In this document: positions 1 to 7,575 of the stretch, in pieces
How positions within the stretch are numbered: position 1 is the stretch's first letter
Layout: every line of letters begins with the position of its first letter
Virus record (IMG/VR): IMGVR_UViG_3300048579_000414
Location: 1-42,166 of that record
From: a virus
Lineage: Duplodnaviria; Caudoviricetes
Reading direction: 5' to 3' (one strand)
Length of the DNA stretch: 42,166 nucleotides
The notes under the pieces: generated by a model
Told to the model about the DNA's origin: nothing
Seen by the model: the letters and a program-made list of their open reading frames with translations, nothing else
Databases searched by the model: none
Made by a program: the position numbers and the translations under genes

Positions 1-228
1 TCAGCGTACGTCGCCCGGCTCACGCCCAGGGCCTGGGTTTTTTTTCATCGCATGCGCCACCCCCTCAAGATATGCCGCCTCCAGCGCGGCCTTGAGGATC
101 CAGACGGACACATCGTGAAAATCGAGCCGGTCGGAGCGGCGCTCCTCCAGGGTCTCGATGCGGCAGTGCTCAAGCGCGATGCGGGCGATGGCCTTTTGGG
201 CCTTGGCTGGGAGTTTGGTCGTTTTCAT
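1..228 (-). CDS. Small phage protein, DUF6900-like
   Basis: Motif IETLE.R.SD.LDFHDVSVW.LK.ALEAAY. Confidence 0.7.
   Translation of the reverse strand: MKTTKLPAKAQKAIARIALEHCRIETLEERRSDRLDFHDVSVWILKAALEAAYLEGVAHAMKKNPGPGREPGDVR
24..45 (+). terminator. Intrinsic terminator for a convergent + strand transcript
   Basis: GCCCAG-GGC-CTGGGT hairpin followed by T8. Confidence 0.5.
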
Positions 229-255
229 GCTCAGGCCGTCACGTTGTTCGCATGG

Positions 256-786
256 CTACTGCGGCGCTCCAGCCATCAGTGCACGGTCCGCATCAACCAC
301 CCCGCGCAGCAGCACTACTTCTGCGTCTCGCCGCGCAACAACTGCTCTGAGGTCTCCGACCACTGCAACGCCTTCGACAAGCTGGGCGTCGAGGGCTGAA
401 AGTCGATCCGCGACACCGCTGCTGGCAGCGGCGCAGGCTTGGGCCATCGCGCTGTAGGTGGCGGCTCTGCGGGCCTGGTCGAGGCGCAGCCGCTCAACGC
501 GAGCAAGGTCAGCGCGGTGCAGAGCATCGCGCACGGGTTGAGACGTCGTGAACGCATCGGATACCTCCTGGGTTTGTTGTGCGTGGGTGGATTCCTTGGC
601 GGCGGCTTGCTGCTCTACTTTGAGCGCCGCCGTGGCGCGCTCTGTGGCCGCTTGGGCCGTGCTGGTCTTGAGCTTTTCGTGCGCCACTTGCTCGGTGTGC
701 AGCCGCCCGGTTTGCACCAGCAGCAGCACGCCCAGCGCCAATGCCAGGGCCTGGAAGCCGTAGGCTTTGATTTTGTCGAAAATCAT
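256..786 (-). CDS. Rz: Inner-membrane spanin (Rz-like)
   Basis: Start MIFDKIK overlaps the endolysin stop; one N-terminal TM helix then Ala-rich coiled coil; follows the endolysin. Confidence 0.8.
   Translation of the reverse strand: MIFDKIKAYGFQALALALGVLLLVQTGRLHTEQVAHEKLKTSTAQAATERATAALKVEQQAAAKESTHAQQTQEVSDAFTTSQPVRDALHRADLARVERLRLDQARRAATYSAMAQACAAASSGVADRLSALDAQLVEGVAVVGDLRAVVARRDAEVVLLRGVVDADRALMAGAPQ
315..557 (-). CDS. Rz1: Outer-membrane lipoprotein spanin (Rz1-like) embedded in Rz
   Basis: Lipobox LALSG-C, Pro-rich mature part, nested in another frame of Rz. Confidence 0.75.
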   Translation of the reverse strand: MRSRRLNPCAMLCTALTLLALSGCASTRPAEPPPTARWPKPAPLPAAVSRIDFQPSTPSLSKALQWSETSEQLLRGETQK

Positions 787-1424
787 GGTTGCACACCTTT
801 TTCGCAGATTTCCGCATTGGCCAGCCCGCGCATTTGCAGCCCAGGCAGCACTGTGGATACGCCGCTCACCGTGCCCCGGGCCCACTTTGGGTTCTCGCGG
901 CAGGCGCCTGCTGAGTCGCCAGCCAGCAGCTTGCGCCGCATCGTGGACCCTGCCCAGGCCCCGCGGCCTTTGTTGTGCAAAAAGTCGAGCACGCTGGCCT
1001 GCACCCACACGCTGTGCTCGGCCCACTTGGGCACATCGGACTCCATGTGGTTTTCGTACTCAAGGTACAGCGCACGCTCAAGCCGGAAGCAGTCCGAGGG
1101 CGTGTAGTAGCGCCCCCGCAGCACGGCGGCGCCGGTGATGCCGTTGCACACTGTCAGCGGCTGGCCTTTGCCAAGGCGGTCTACATACGGGGTGCCGATG
1201 TGCTTGTAAGAGCTCTCGTAGTACGCGGCCATGACCATGGCCAACTTCACGGCGTCGGTCGCCACTTTGTCTTGCGCCACCGCCTGCACGTACTGGTTTT
1301 GCAGCAGCGCCTGGGTTTCGCGGTCCGCGTGCATGTAGGCGGCGCCGCCACCGCCCATGGCGATCATCAGCGCTGCAATGCCCGCGCGCAGGTGCGGCGG
1401 GACTTTACTGGGTGCGGTTGACAT
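783..1424 (-). CDS. Endolysin, GH24 lysozyme, probably SAR-type
   Basis: E...PYVD...TVCNGIT catalytic pattern, C-terminal LPGL..R..E motif, weakly hydrophobic Gly/Ala-rich N-terminal segment. Confidence 0.88.
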   Translation of the reverse strand: MSTAPSKVPPHLRAGIAALMIAMGGGGAAYMHADRETQALLQNQYVQAVAQDKVATDAVKLAMVMAAYYESSYKHIGTPYVDRLGKGQPLTVCNGITGAAVLRGRYYTPSDCFRLERALYLEYENHMESDVPKWAEHSVWVQASVLDFLHNKGRGAWAGSTMRRKLLAGDSAGACRENPKWARGTVSGVSTVLPGLQMRGLANAEICEKGVQP

Positions 1425-1653
1425 CGTTGATTGCCTCCTGCATGTTTTTTTGGATGAGCAGCCGCGCCCAGATGGAGCCGATGGACGCCGCCATGCTCAG
1501 TCCTACAAAAAGGTACGGCGGCACGCTGGGCAGCACAAAGGGCATGGCAAGCTCCAGCCCCATCAGCGCCACGGCCAGGGCCGACAGGCGCACGCTCCAC
1601 GCTTTGCGCAGAACGCTGCGCCAGTTCTCGCCCACATAAAGTTGTGCGGTCAC
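1405..1653 (-). CDS. Holin
   Basis: NWR..LRKAWSVRL motif, 2 TM helices, RL..Q C-terminus; directly upstream of the endolysin; GTG start. Confidence 0.75.
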   Translation of the reverse strand: MTAQLYVGENWRSVLRKAWSVRLSALAVALMGLELAMPFVLPSVPPYLFVGLSMAASIGSIWARLLIQKNMQEAINDVNRTQ

Positions 1654-1982
1654 TTCAGCCCCCCTTGAAAAAGCACCTTGAACAGTGCGGCCAGCGCAGT
1701 CCACCCGCCCAGGGCGTACACGATGCCGCCCAGCGTCAAAAAGAGCCCCAGCTTGCGCACCACGCCCAGCAAGCCGCCCAGCACAAAGCGCCCGGCGTGC
1801 TGCGTGGCTTGCTTTTGCAGCACGCTCAGGCCTGCGGCCCAGAAGGCGGCGGCGGTGTCCTCGGTCATCGCGCTTTTGAGGCCCGTGGCCACGGCGCTGG
1901 CGATGCGCTGCTCAAGGTAAGAGATGGTTTCGTCCGTCAAGCGGACCTCTGCGGGGCCTTTGCGGCGTTCGGGGTCTGTCAT
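1650..1982 (-). CDS. Membrane protein of the lysis region (holin/antiholin-like)
   Basis: MTDPERRKG start coupled to the upstream stop; C-terminal hydrophobic helices. Confidence 0.6.
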   Translation of the reverse strand: MTDPERRKGPAEVRLTDETISYLEQRIASAVATGLKSAMTEDTAAAFWAAGLSVLQKQATQHAGRFVLGGLLGVVRKLGLFLTLGGIVYALGGWTALAALFKVLFQGGLK

Positions 1983-2707
1983 TGCGGCCCCCTCCAGCGC
2001 AGCACGCTGGCCGTGATGTTGACCACCATGGCCGCGCTGCGCCCCCAGCGCCGCACCAGGTCGAGCTTGTGGCCGGTGTTGACGCGCAGGCACAGGCCCG
2101 CACCGATGGGGCGCACCAGGCTGAGCTGGTACACCGGCCCATTGCGCCGCACGCACCAGCCCGCGTGGTCGCGGTTGGTGGCGGGGTCGCCCCAGGTGTC
2201 GGCATCCAGCAGGTCGGCAGGCTGCACGGCATAGCCCAGGCTTGCCGCCAGGGCGCTTGCCCGGTTGCGCAGGCCCAGCCACACAAAGCGCGCATATGCG
2301 CTGCGCGGGTGGTGGCCGGGGGCGTAGTAGGCATCGCCGTCGTACGCCGGGGCGCCGTAGGGCACGGCCACCTCCCCGGGCCGCTCGTTGCCCACCACGC
2401 GCACCCACTCCCCTGCCCGCTGCACGGCCCAGCCGTCGCCGTTGATGCTCACGTCGTTGTCCCACCAGCGCGCCCAGCGCGGCAGCGCGTTGGCCGTGCG
2501 CGGGGTCTGCAGCAGGGCAATGGGCACCACCAGCGGGGCCAGCAGGTCGGCGGGCAACATGAGCAAGCCGCGCGCGGCGGCGCGCAACAGACTGATGGAG
2601 CCGCGCCACTTGTGCTGCGCAGGCAGGGGCAGCGCGCACAGCAGCAGCACGGGCACAAGGTTCCACGCGGCCACTGCGGCCGCAGCACAAAGCAGGAGGT
2701 GCAGCAT
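1979..2707 (-). CDS. Conserved phage membrane-associated protein
   Basis: Hydrophobic N-terminus; LP.W.RWWDN...NGD and WLGLRNRA motifs; TAATG coupling. Confidence 0.65.
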   Translation of the reverse strand: MLHLLLCAAAAVAAWNLVPVLLLCALPLPAQHKWRGSISLLRAAARGLLMLPADLLAPLVVPIALLQTPRTANALPRWARWWDNDVSINGDGWAVQRAGEWVRVVGNERPGEVAVPYGAPAYDGDAYYAPGHHPRSAYARFVWLGLRNRASALAASLGYAVQPADLLDADTWGDPATNRDHAGWCVRRNGPVYQLSLVRPIGAGLCLRVNTGHKLDLVRRWGRSAAMVVNITASVLRWRGPQ

Positions 2708-3432
2708 TACAAAATCTCCCACGTGGCGCCGGTGTAAATGCACGTTACCGCGTAGCCTGGCTGCACCAGCATGCCCAGCTGCGCGCCGCCGGGCAGGTTG
2801 ATGCGCAGCCAGCCCGCCGTGCCGGTGTGCTTGACCGAAAAGCCCCGCCCCTCTTGCACGCCCGAGCCTGGCAGCTCCACCGCACGGGTGGCACCGGCGG
2901 GGTCCAAAAACTGGTAGGCGCTGCTTACGCTGGTCAGCAGCACGTCGGCCGTCAGCACCTCTGTGTGCACAGTGCCCAGCGCGTTTTGAGCGGTGGCGGC
3001 AGCCAGGGCAGCGGCCTCGGCAGCGGCCTGGGCGGCCTCGATCTGGGCTAAATACGTGCCAAGCTGCGTCAGCTCGCCGGGCGTGATGGGGAGTTGTGTT
3101 GCCATAAATTGGACCCAGGTCAGTGGCGTAAGCAGGTCTTCGACCACGCCGGTAAAAGAGGGGTAGCCAGACAGGCTGATAGAGCAGCGATAGCTGGTAG
3201 ACACGTGGCCGCGTGTGTTGGGCCACAACTCCACGGCAAAGACGCCATCGGCATCGGTACGCGCGGCCACGCTGCCCACGGGGTGCTCGAACGTGATGGC
3301 GTCCCACACGTCTGCCAGCTGGCCCGAGGCGCCGATCAGCTCAAACACCACCATCACACCGGCCAGCGGCGCGCCGCTGGGAGTGCACAGCGGTGCACTG
3401 GCATTGGTCAAGAGGCGGGTGGTCAGCATCAC
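2707..3432 (-). CDS. Putative tail-associated protein
   Basis: Coupled ORF in the distal tail region; beta-rich domains separated by an Ala-rich linker. Confidence 0.6.
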   Translation of the reverse strand: MMLTTRLLTNASAPLCTPSGAPLAGVMVVFELIGASGQLADVWDAITFEHPVGSVAARTDADGVFAVELWPNTRGHVSTSYRCSISLSGYPSFTGVVEDLLTPLTWVQFMATQLPITPGELTQLGTYLAQIEAAQAAAEAAALAAATAQNALGTVHTEVLTADVLLTSVSSAYQFLDPAGATRAVELPGSGVQEGRGFSVKHTGTAGWLRINLPGGAQLGMLVQPGYAVTCIYTGATWEIL

Positions 3433-3863
3433 AAGCCCTCCGGCTGCACGATGTGCACGCCCAGGCGCGCAAAGGCCTCAAAGGGCTCCTGCGCGCTTAC
3501 GTCAATGCTGGCCAGCAGCGCCTCGATGTATGCCAACGGCACAGGCATGCCCAGCTGCGCAGCCAGCTCCACTACCTGCGCCGCATTGCCGGGGCGCGTG
3601 GTCGTGGTGGTGGTAGCCGTGGGCTCGCCGCTGCTGTCCGCACCAAACGTGGTGGTCAGCGTGGTCAGCGGCAAAAGGTCGGCAAACGCGGGCGATATGC
3701 CCCCCGAGCTAACGCAAAGCGTGGGCACTTGCGAGCCCTGCGGCGCCAGCAGCGTGGTGAGCATGCCCACCCCGGCCTCGGGCGAAAACGCAGCGCACAG
3801 CGCCTGCGCCATGCCCTGGGCGGCCACCGGGGCAATGATGGTGCGAAAAACCGGGGCGGTCAT
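3429..3863 (-). CDS. Hypothetical phage protein (tail region)
   Basis: MTAPVFRTII start overlapping the upstream stop; D.S.QEPF.AF.RLG C-terminal motif. Confidence 0.65.
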   Translation of the reverse strand: MTAPVFRTIIAPVAAQGMAQALCAAFSPEAGVGMLTTLLAPQGSQVPTLCVSSGGISPAFADLLPLTTLTTTFGADSSGEPTATTTTTTRPGNAAQVVELAAQLGMPVPLAYIEALLASIDVSAQEPFEAFARLGVHIVQPEGL

Positions 3864-5197
3864 AGCGGCATCCTCATGTCTTGGGCAGTCAAATGCTCCA
3901 GCGCGGCAACGTCTTGCTCCGTGTAGGCCCCGCCGCGCAGGGTGAGGCCATAGAAGCGGACGTTGGAATAAAGGCTGGACGCGTTGCGGGCAAACAGGTT
4001 GACGGTATGTGCGCCGTAGTTGCCGGTGCCTTGGTCCGCCGCGCTGGTAGTAGGCACACCGTTCACACGCAAGGTGCAACCGTCGGCGCCGATGTCGCCC
4101 AGCCCCGTCAACACCCGATGCGCCGGGGCGGCATGGCCTGAGTCAGACACCACCACCGCTGATGCGCTGCCACGGGATGCAAAGCCCACACTGGGCCCGG
4201 CCGAATTGGGCGCTGCAAGATAGACGGCCCCCACAGGGAGGGAATTCCCCAGCTCGCACACGACCCCTACGGCCGCGTCGCCGAGCTTAGTGACGCCAGC
4301 GCACACAAGGAGCTTGTCTACAGCCGTGAGATCGAGCGGCACCACGGACTGCATCGCATCGTCTACGGCGTCGGGTTTGAGGTACGTGGGAAATTTTTCG
4401 GGGGAGTCGTCGTAGATTCCAAAGGGGTCGACCCTCTGGTGCGGCAGGTGCGCATCGCAGGCAAGTGTCAGTGACGCCTGCTCAAAGCTAAAATCGCCAG
4501 ACCCGGGACCCCCAGCGCCTACACCGAGATAGACAAAAGAGAGTGGGGAGCCTCCGGCGCAGGAGGCATCAATCGTAATAGTATGCACACCCGGGCCAAT
4601 TTCACTAGCGGCAACGCCATCCACCTTGGTCGATTGCGTGTATCCAGTAGTGCTAATTCGCAGGCCCAGGTACGCCACAGTGTCCACATGCACGGTGCCC
4701 CCGTAATTCGTGACTTTGACAGTGAACCGGTACGTCGTGTTGGGCGCCCATGTAACAGGAGCGCGAATAGTGCTACGTCCTGCGGACGCAGCGAACCGAT
4801 GAAGCCCGCCATCAACAGTGTGGCTGTAGGTGCCGCTCATAACGTGTATGAACCACCCATCAGGTGGTGTGCCGGGCGTGCCACCCGCACCGCCCGTCAT
4901 ATCAGAACCCACGAGCAAATTCACCCGCCGCGACACCCTCGTCCGCTTCGGCAGCGTGGCCTGGGCCGCATGCACGCCGTTGCCAGACAAATCCAGCATC
5001 GTGTGTACAAACTGCTCCATCGCAGTCACCGGCTGCTCCAGGGCCGCGTCCTGGAACAGGCTCGACAGCACTGCCGGGCGATAGCACAGCCCGGGCTGGC
5101 CTGCGGCAAACACATGCTCCCAGCGGGGCCCGGCGTCGGCGGGCAAAATGTACTGGCCGGGGCGCCACAGCTGCAACACGTTGTTGATCAAACTCAT
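3860..5197 (-). CDS. Tail/receptor-binding-type beta-sandwich protein
   Basis: S.LFQD, LDLSGNG.HA.Q, NLL and HQRV...YD...FP.YL..D.VDD motifs typical of phage tail-associated proteins; RBS AAGGAG. Confidence 0.7.
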   Translation of the reverse strand: MSLINNVLQLWRPGQYILPADAGPRWEHVFAAGQPGLCYRPAVLSSLFQDAALEQPVTAMEQFVHTMLDLSGNGVHAAQATLPKRTRVSRRVNLLVGSDMTGGAGGTPGTPPDGWFIHVMSGTYSHTVDGGLHRFAASAGRSTIRAPVTWAPNTTYRFTVKVTNYGGTVHVDTVAYLGLRISTTGYTQSTKVDGVAASEIGPGVHTITIDASCAGGSPLSFVYLGVGAGGPGSGDFSFEQASLTLACDAHLPHQRVDPFGIYDDSPEKFPTYLKPDAVDDAMQSVVPLDLTAVDKLLVCAGVTKLGDAAVGVVCELGNSLPVGAVYLAAPNSAGPSVGFASRGSASAVVVSDSGHAAPAHRVLTGLGDIGADGCTLRVNGVPTTSAADQGTGNYGAHTVNLFARNASSLYSNVRFYGLTLRGGAYTEQDVAALEHLTAQDMRMPL

Positions 5198-5208
5198 GGT
5201 GTGCTCCT

Positions 5209-5937
5209 TTACTCAAACCACACAAAACGCGCCCAGCCGCCGCCACCCGCGCCGCTGGCGACCGTGTACCCGTCGTGGTTGGTAGTCACCACGCGCAAAG
5301 CGCCGCCACCGGCCCCGCTGTTGGCTGCGGCCGCGTACCCGGTAACGTTGGCCGTAAGGGTGCTGATGGTCTCGCTGCGGCCGTTGCCGCCACCGTCCAC
5401 AGCAAGCTGGTTGGTAGGTACCTCGGGGCAACTGCCGCCACCGCCGCCGCCCCGCCCGTCCAGCCCACGGCCGCCGCGCAGATCCAGGGCGGAGCTGTCC
5501 ACGCTCGAAAATCGGCTGGCACCCAGGCCGCCCAGGCCATCGCCGCCGCGCCCGGTTTGGGCCGTGCTCATGGTGTAGCCCCTGGCCCCGCCCTTGGCCA
5601 CCAGAGCGCCCACAGTGGTATCGCCGCCGTCGGTGCCGTCCAGCGCGGCGGCGGTGCCTGTGGTGACCGGGGTGCCGCCCGCGCCAATGGTCACAACCAC
5701 AGGGGCGGTCAGGGTCAGCACCTCCGACCGCCGTTGCCCAGCACTGCCGCCGCTGGGGTATGCGGCGGCGCTGCTCACGTTGCTGACCAACCCGCCGCTG
5801 CCGCCGCCTGCCAGCCACTCCACCAGCACCGTGCCGCCCAAGGCCAACAAGCGGGTGCTGGGCGTGAACGTGCCCGAGGCCAAAAACTCTTGTGTACGCA
5901 GCTTGCCGCCGCCTACAAATTCGCTCAAATTGCTCAT
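5209..5937 (-). CDS. Glycine-rich tail fibre-like protein
   Basis: F..SGTFTP...GGGSGG...V.IGAGG...GGDT glycine-rich domain pattern. Confidence 0.75.
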   Translation of the reverse strand: MSNLSEFVGGGKLRTQEFLASGTFTPSTRLLALGGTVLVEWLAGGGSGGLVSNVSSAAAYPSGGSAGQRRSEVLTLTAPVVVTIGAGGTPVTTGTAAALDGTDGGDTTVGALVAKGGARGYTMSTAQTGRGGDGLGGLGASRFSSVDSSALDLRGGRGLDGRGGGGGGSCPEVPTNQLAVDGGGNGRSETISTLTANVTGYAAAANSGAGGGALRVVTTNHDGYTVASGAGGGGWARFVWFE

Positions 5938-5950
5938 GTAGGGTCTCCGG

Positions 5951-6667
5951 TTATGCGATGCACCACCACGCTTGCGTGGGGTCTTTGTAGCTGCACACCA
6001 GCGCAATGCCGGTCATGGGCAGGTCTAGCACCAAGGGGGCCGTAACGCCCTGGATTCGTATGCCCGCCTCGGGCCGCGAGATGGTGGGCAAGTGGGGCGC
6101 GCCCCAGGCCATGTGCGTGTTGATCAGCTCGATGCGATCGCCCCGCTCTGTGTCTGCAATCAGGGGCAGCGGCAGGTCCAGGGCGCCCGCAGTGGTGTCT
6201 ACGTCGTACACGGCCCCGGCCTGCAGCGGCGTGGCGTTGATGGCGGTCAAGGTGCGGGCACGGCCCATGTCGCGGGCAAGCTCGCGGCTTGCCCATACGG
6301 GCTGCCAGTTGGTAGTGTCGGCAGAGGGGTCGATGGTGCCTGCGCCCGCCACTTTGCGGCGGTAGCTCACGTAGTTGGCCGGGCTCCACGCCATGGCGCC
6401 TTGCGAATAGGTGGTGCCGCTCACCCACTTGGTTACGCCAGCGGCAAAGGCCGCTTGTGTCGCTGCGGCCTCGGCCGCAAGGCGGGCCAGGTCGGCATCT
6501 TCGGCCAGCTCGGCGGTGGCAAGCTGCTTTGCGGTCACGTCTTCTTGCAATGCGTTGGCCTGCTCAGTAAACGTGTGCATGGCTGCAACATGCGCGAAAG
6601 ACTTGTTGGCAAAGTCGGCCCGCGAGTCGGTGGGCGCGGGCGCGGGGGGTAGGGGGTCAATGGGCAT
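5951..6667 (-). CDS. Virion structural protein (tail tip/fibre base)
   Basis: PLP.AP..TD..ADF N-terminus, W.SGTTY..G carbohydrate-binding-like motif, Y.VDTT.G....LP motif. Confidence 0.65.
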   Translation of the reverse strand: MPIDPLPPAPAPTDSRADFANKSFAHVAAMHTFTEQANALQEDVTAKQLATAELAEDADLARLAAEAAATQAAFAAGVTKWVSGTTYSQGAMAWSPANYVSYRRKVAGAGTIDPSADTTNWQPVWASRELARDMGRARTLTAINATPLQAGAVYDVDTTAGALDLPLPLIADTERGDRIELINTHMAWGAPHLPTISRPEAGIRIQGVTAPLVLDLPMTGIALVCSYKDPTQAWWCIA

Positions 6668-7575
6668 CAGGTCACTCCGAGTAGGTCTAGCTGCACGGTG
6701 GATTCCGTGGCGTTTGCAATCAGGGTTTCAAAACTTTGGAAGAAGCCAAAGATCACGGTGGACTCGTACAGCGTGCTGCCGATGTAGAGGCACACGTCGG
6801 CGTCGATTTCGTCCATGGATTCCTGCATCGCGTCCACTTCGTTGTTGCGCAGCACCAGCTCGAAGCTGGCGCGCTTGGCGCTGGGGCGCTTGAGCAGCTC
6901 GATGTCGCCGTACTCGTTCACCTCGCGGCGGCTGTACACCTGGCGGCCCACACGCGCGCCGTAGGTCACGCCAATGCCCCAGGTGCGCGGCGGGCCAAAC
7001 AGGATTTGCGCCACGGCCATGCCCGCGCGGCCCACCAGCTCAAGGTGCAGCGTGGCGTTGGGGAACGAGGGCACATCGTCAAACAGTGCCAGCGTTGCGC
7101 CGCCCTTCCAGTCGCCAAAAAAGAACTCCCACCAGTCTGCTTGCACCGGCAGCGGCGAGGGGGTTTTTGTGGAGTCGTACACAACGCCGTACACCGGGTC
7201 GTCAAGCCACAGGCGAATGGTTACGCAGTCTCGCAGCCCCATGGCCGCCAGCATGGGTACAGGCTGGCCGGGCAAAAAGCTGTAGGTGATGCTGGTGCCC
7301 TGCTCTGTGCTGCTGCTGGCCGCGCGGTCGAAAGCGCGCCAGCGGTTGGTGGCGCGCAGGCGCACCCATTTGTCGGGGTTGAGGTCTGGCGGGTTGCCCA
7401 GGTTGCCTGCGGCCTGGCTCTCGTAAATGCTGTGCGTGGCCAACAGCATGACCAGCGCGCCAGCGGCGTATGTGGTGTCCACGGCCCACACGGGGGCGTC
7501 GGCCTCGGGCACGTTGCTGGCAGTGAGAATGGCGTCTGTCACCGCCTGCGGCCGCAGGATCATGAGGCCGCTCAT
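6667..7575 (-). CDS. Distal tail / tail-tip protein
   Basis: Directly follows the tape measure gene; SNVPE...W...TY..G, ATNRWRAFD and YSR.E..EYG motifs. Confidence 0.7.
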   Translation of the reverse strand: MSGLMILRPQAVTDAILTASNVPEADAPVWAVDTTYAAGALVMLLATHSIYESQAAGNLGNPPDLNPDKWVRLRATNRWRAFDRAASSSTEQGTSITYSFLPGQPVPMLAAMGLRDCVTIRLWLDDPVYGVVYDSTKTPSPLPVQADWWEFFFGDWKGGATLALFDDVPSFPNATLHLELVGRAGMAVAQILFGPPRTWGIGVTYGARVGRQVYSRREVNEYGDIELLKRPSAKRASFELVLRNNEVDAMQESMDEIDADVCLYIGSTLYESTVIFGFFQSFETLIANATESTVQLDLLGVT

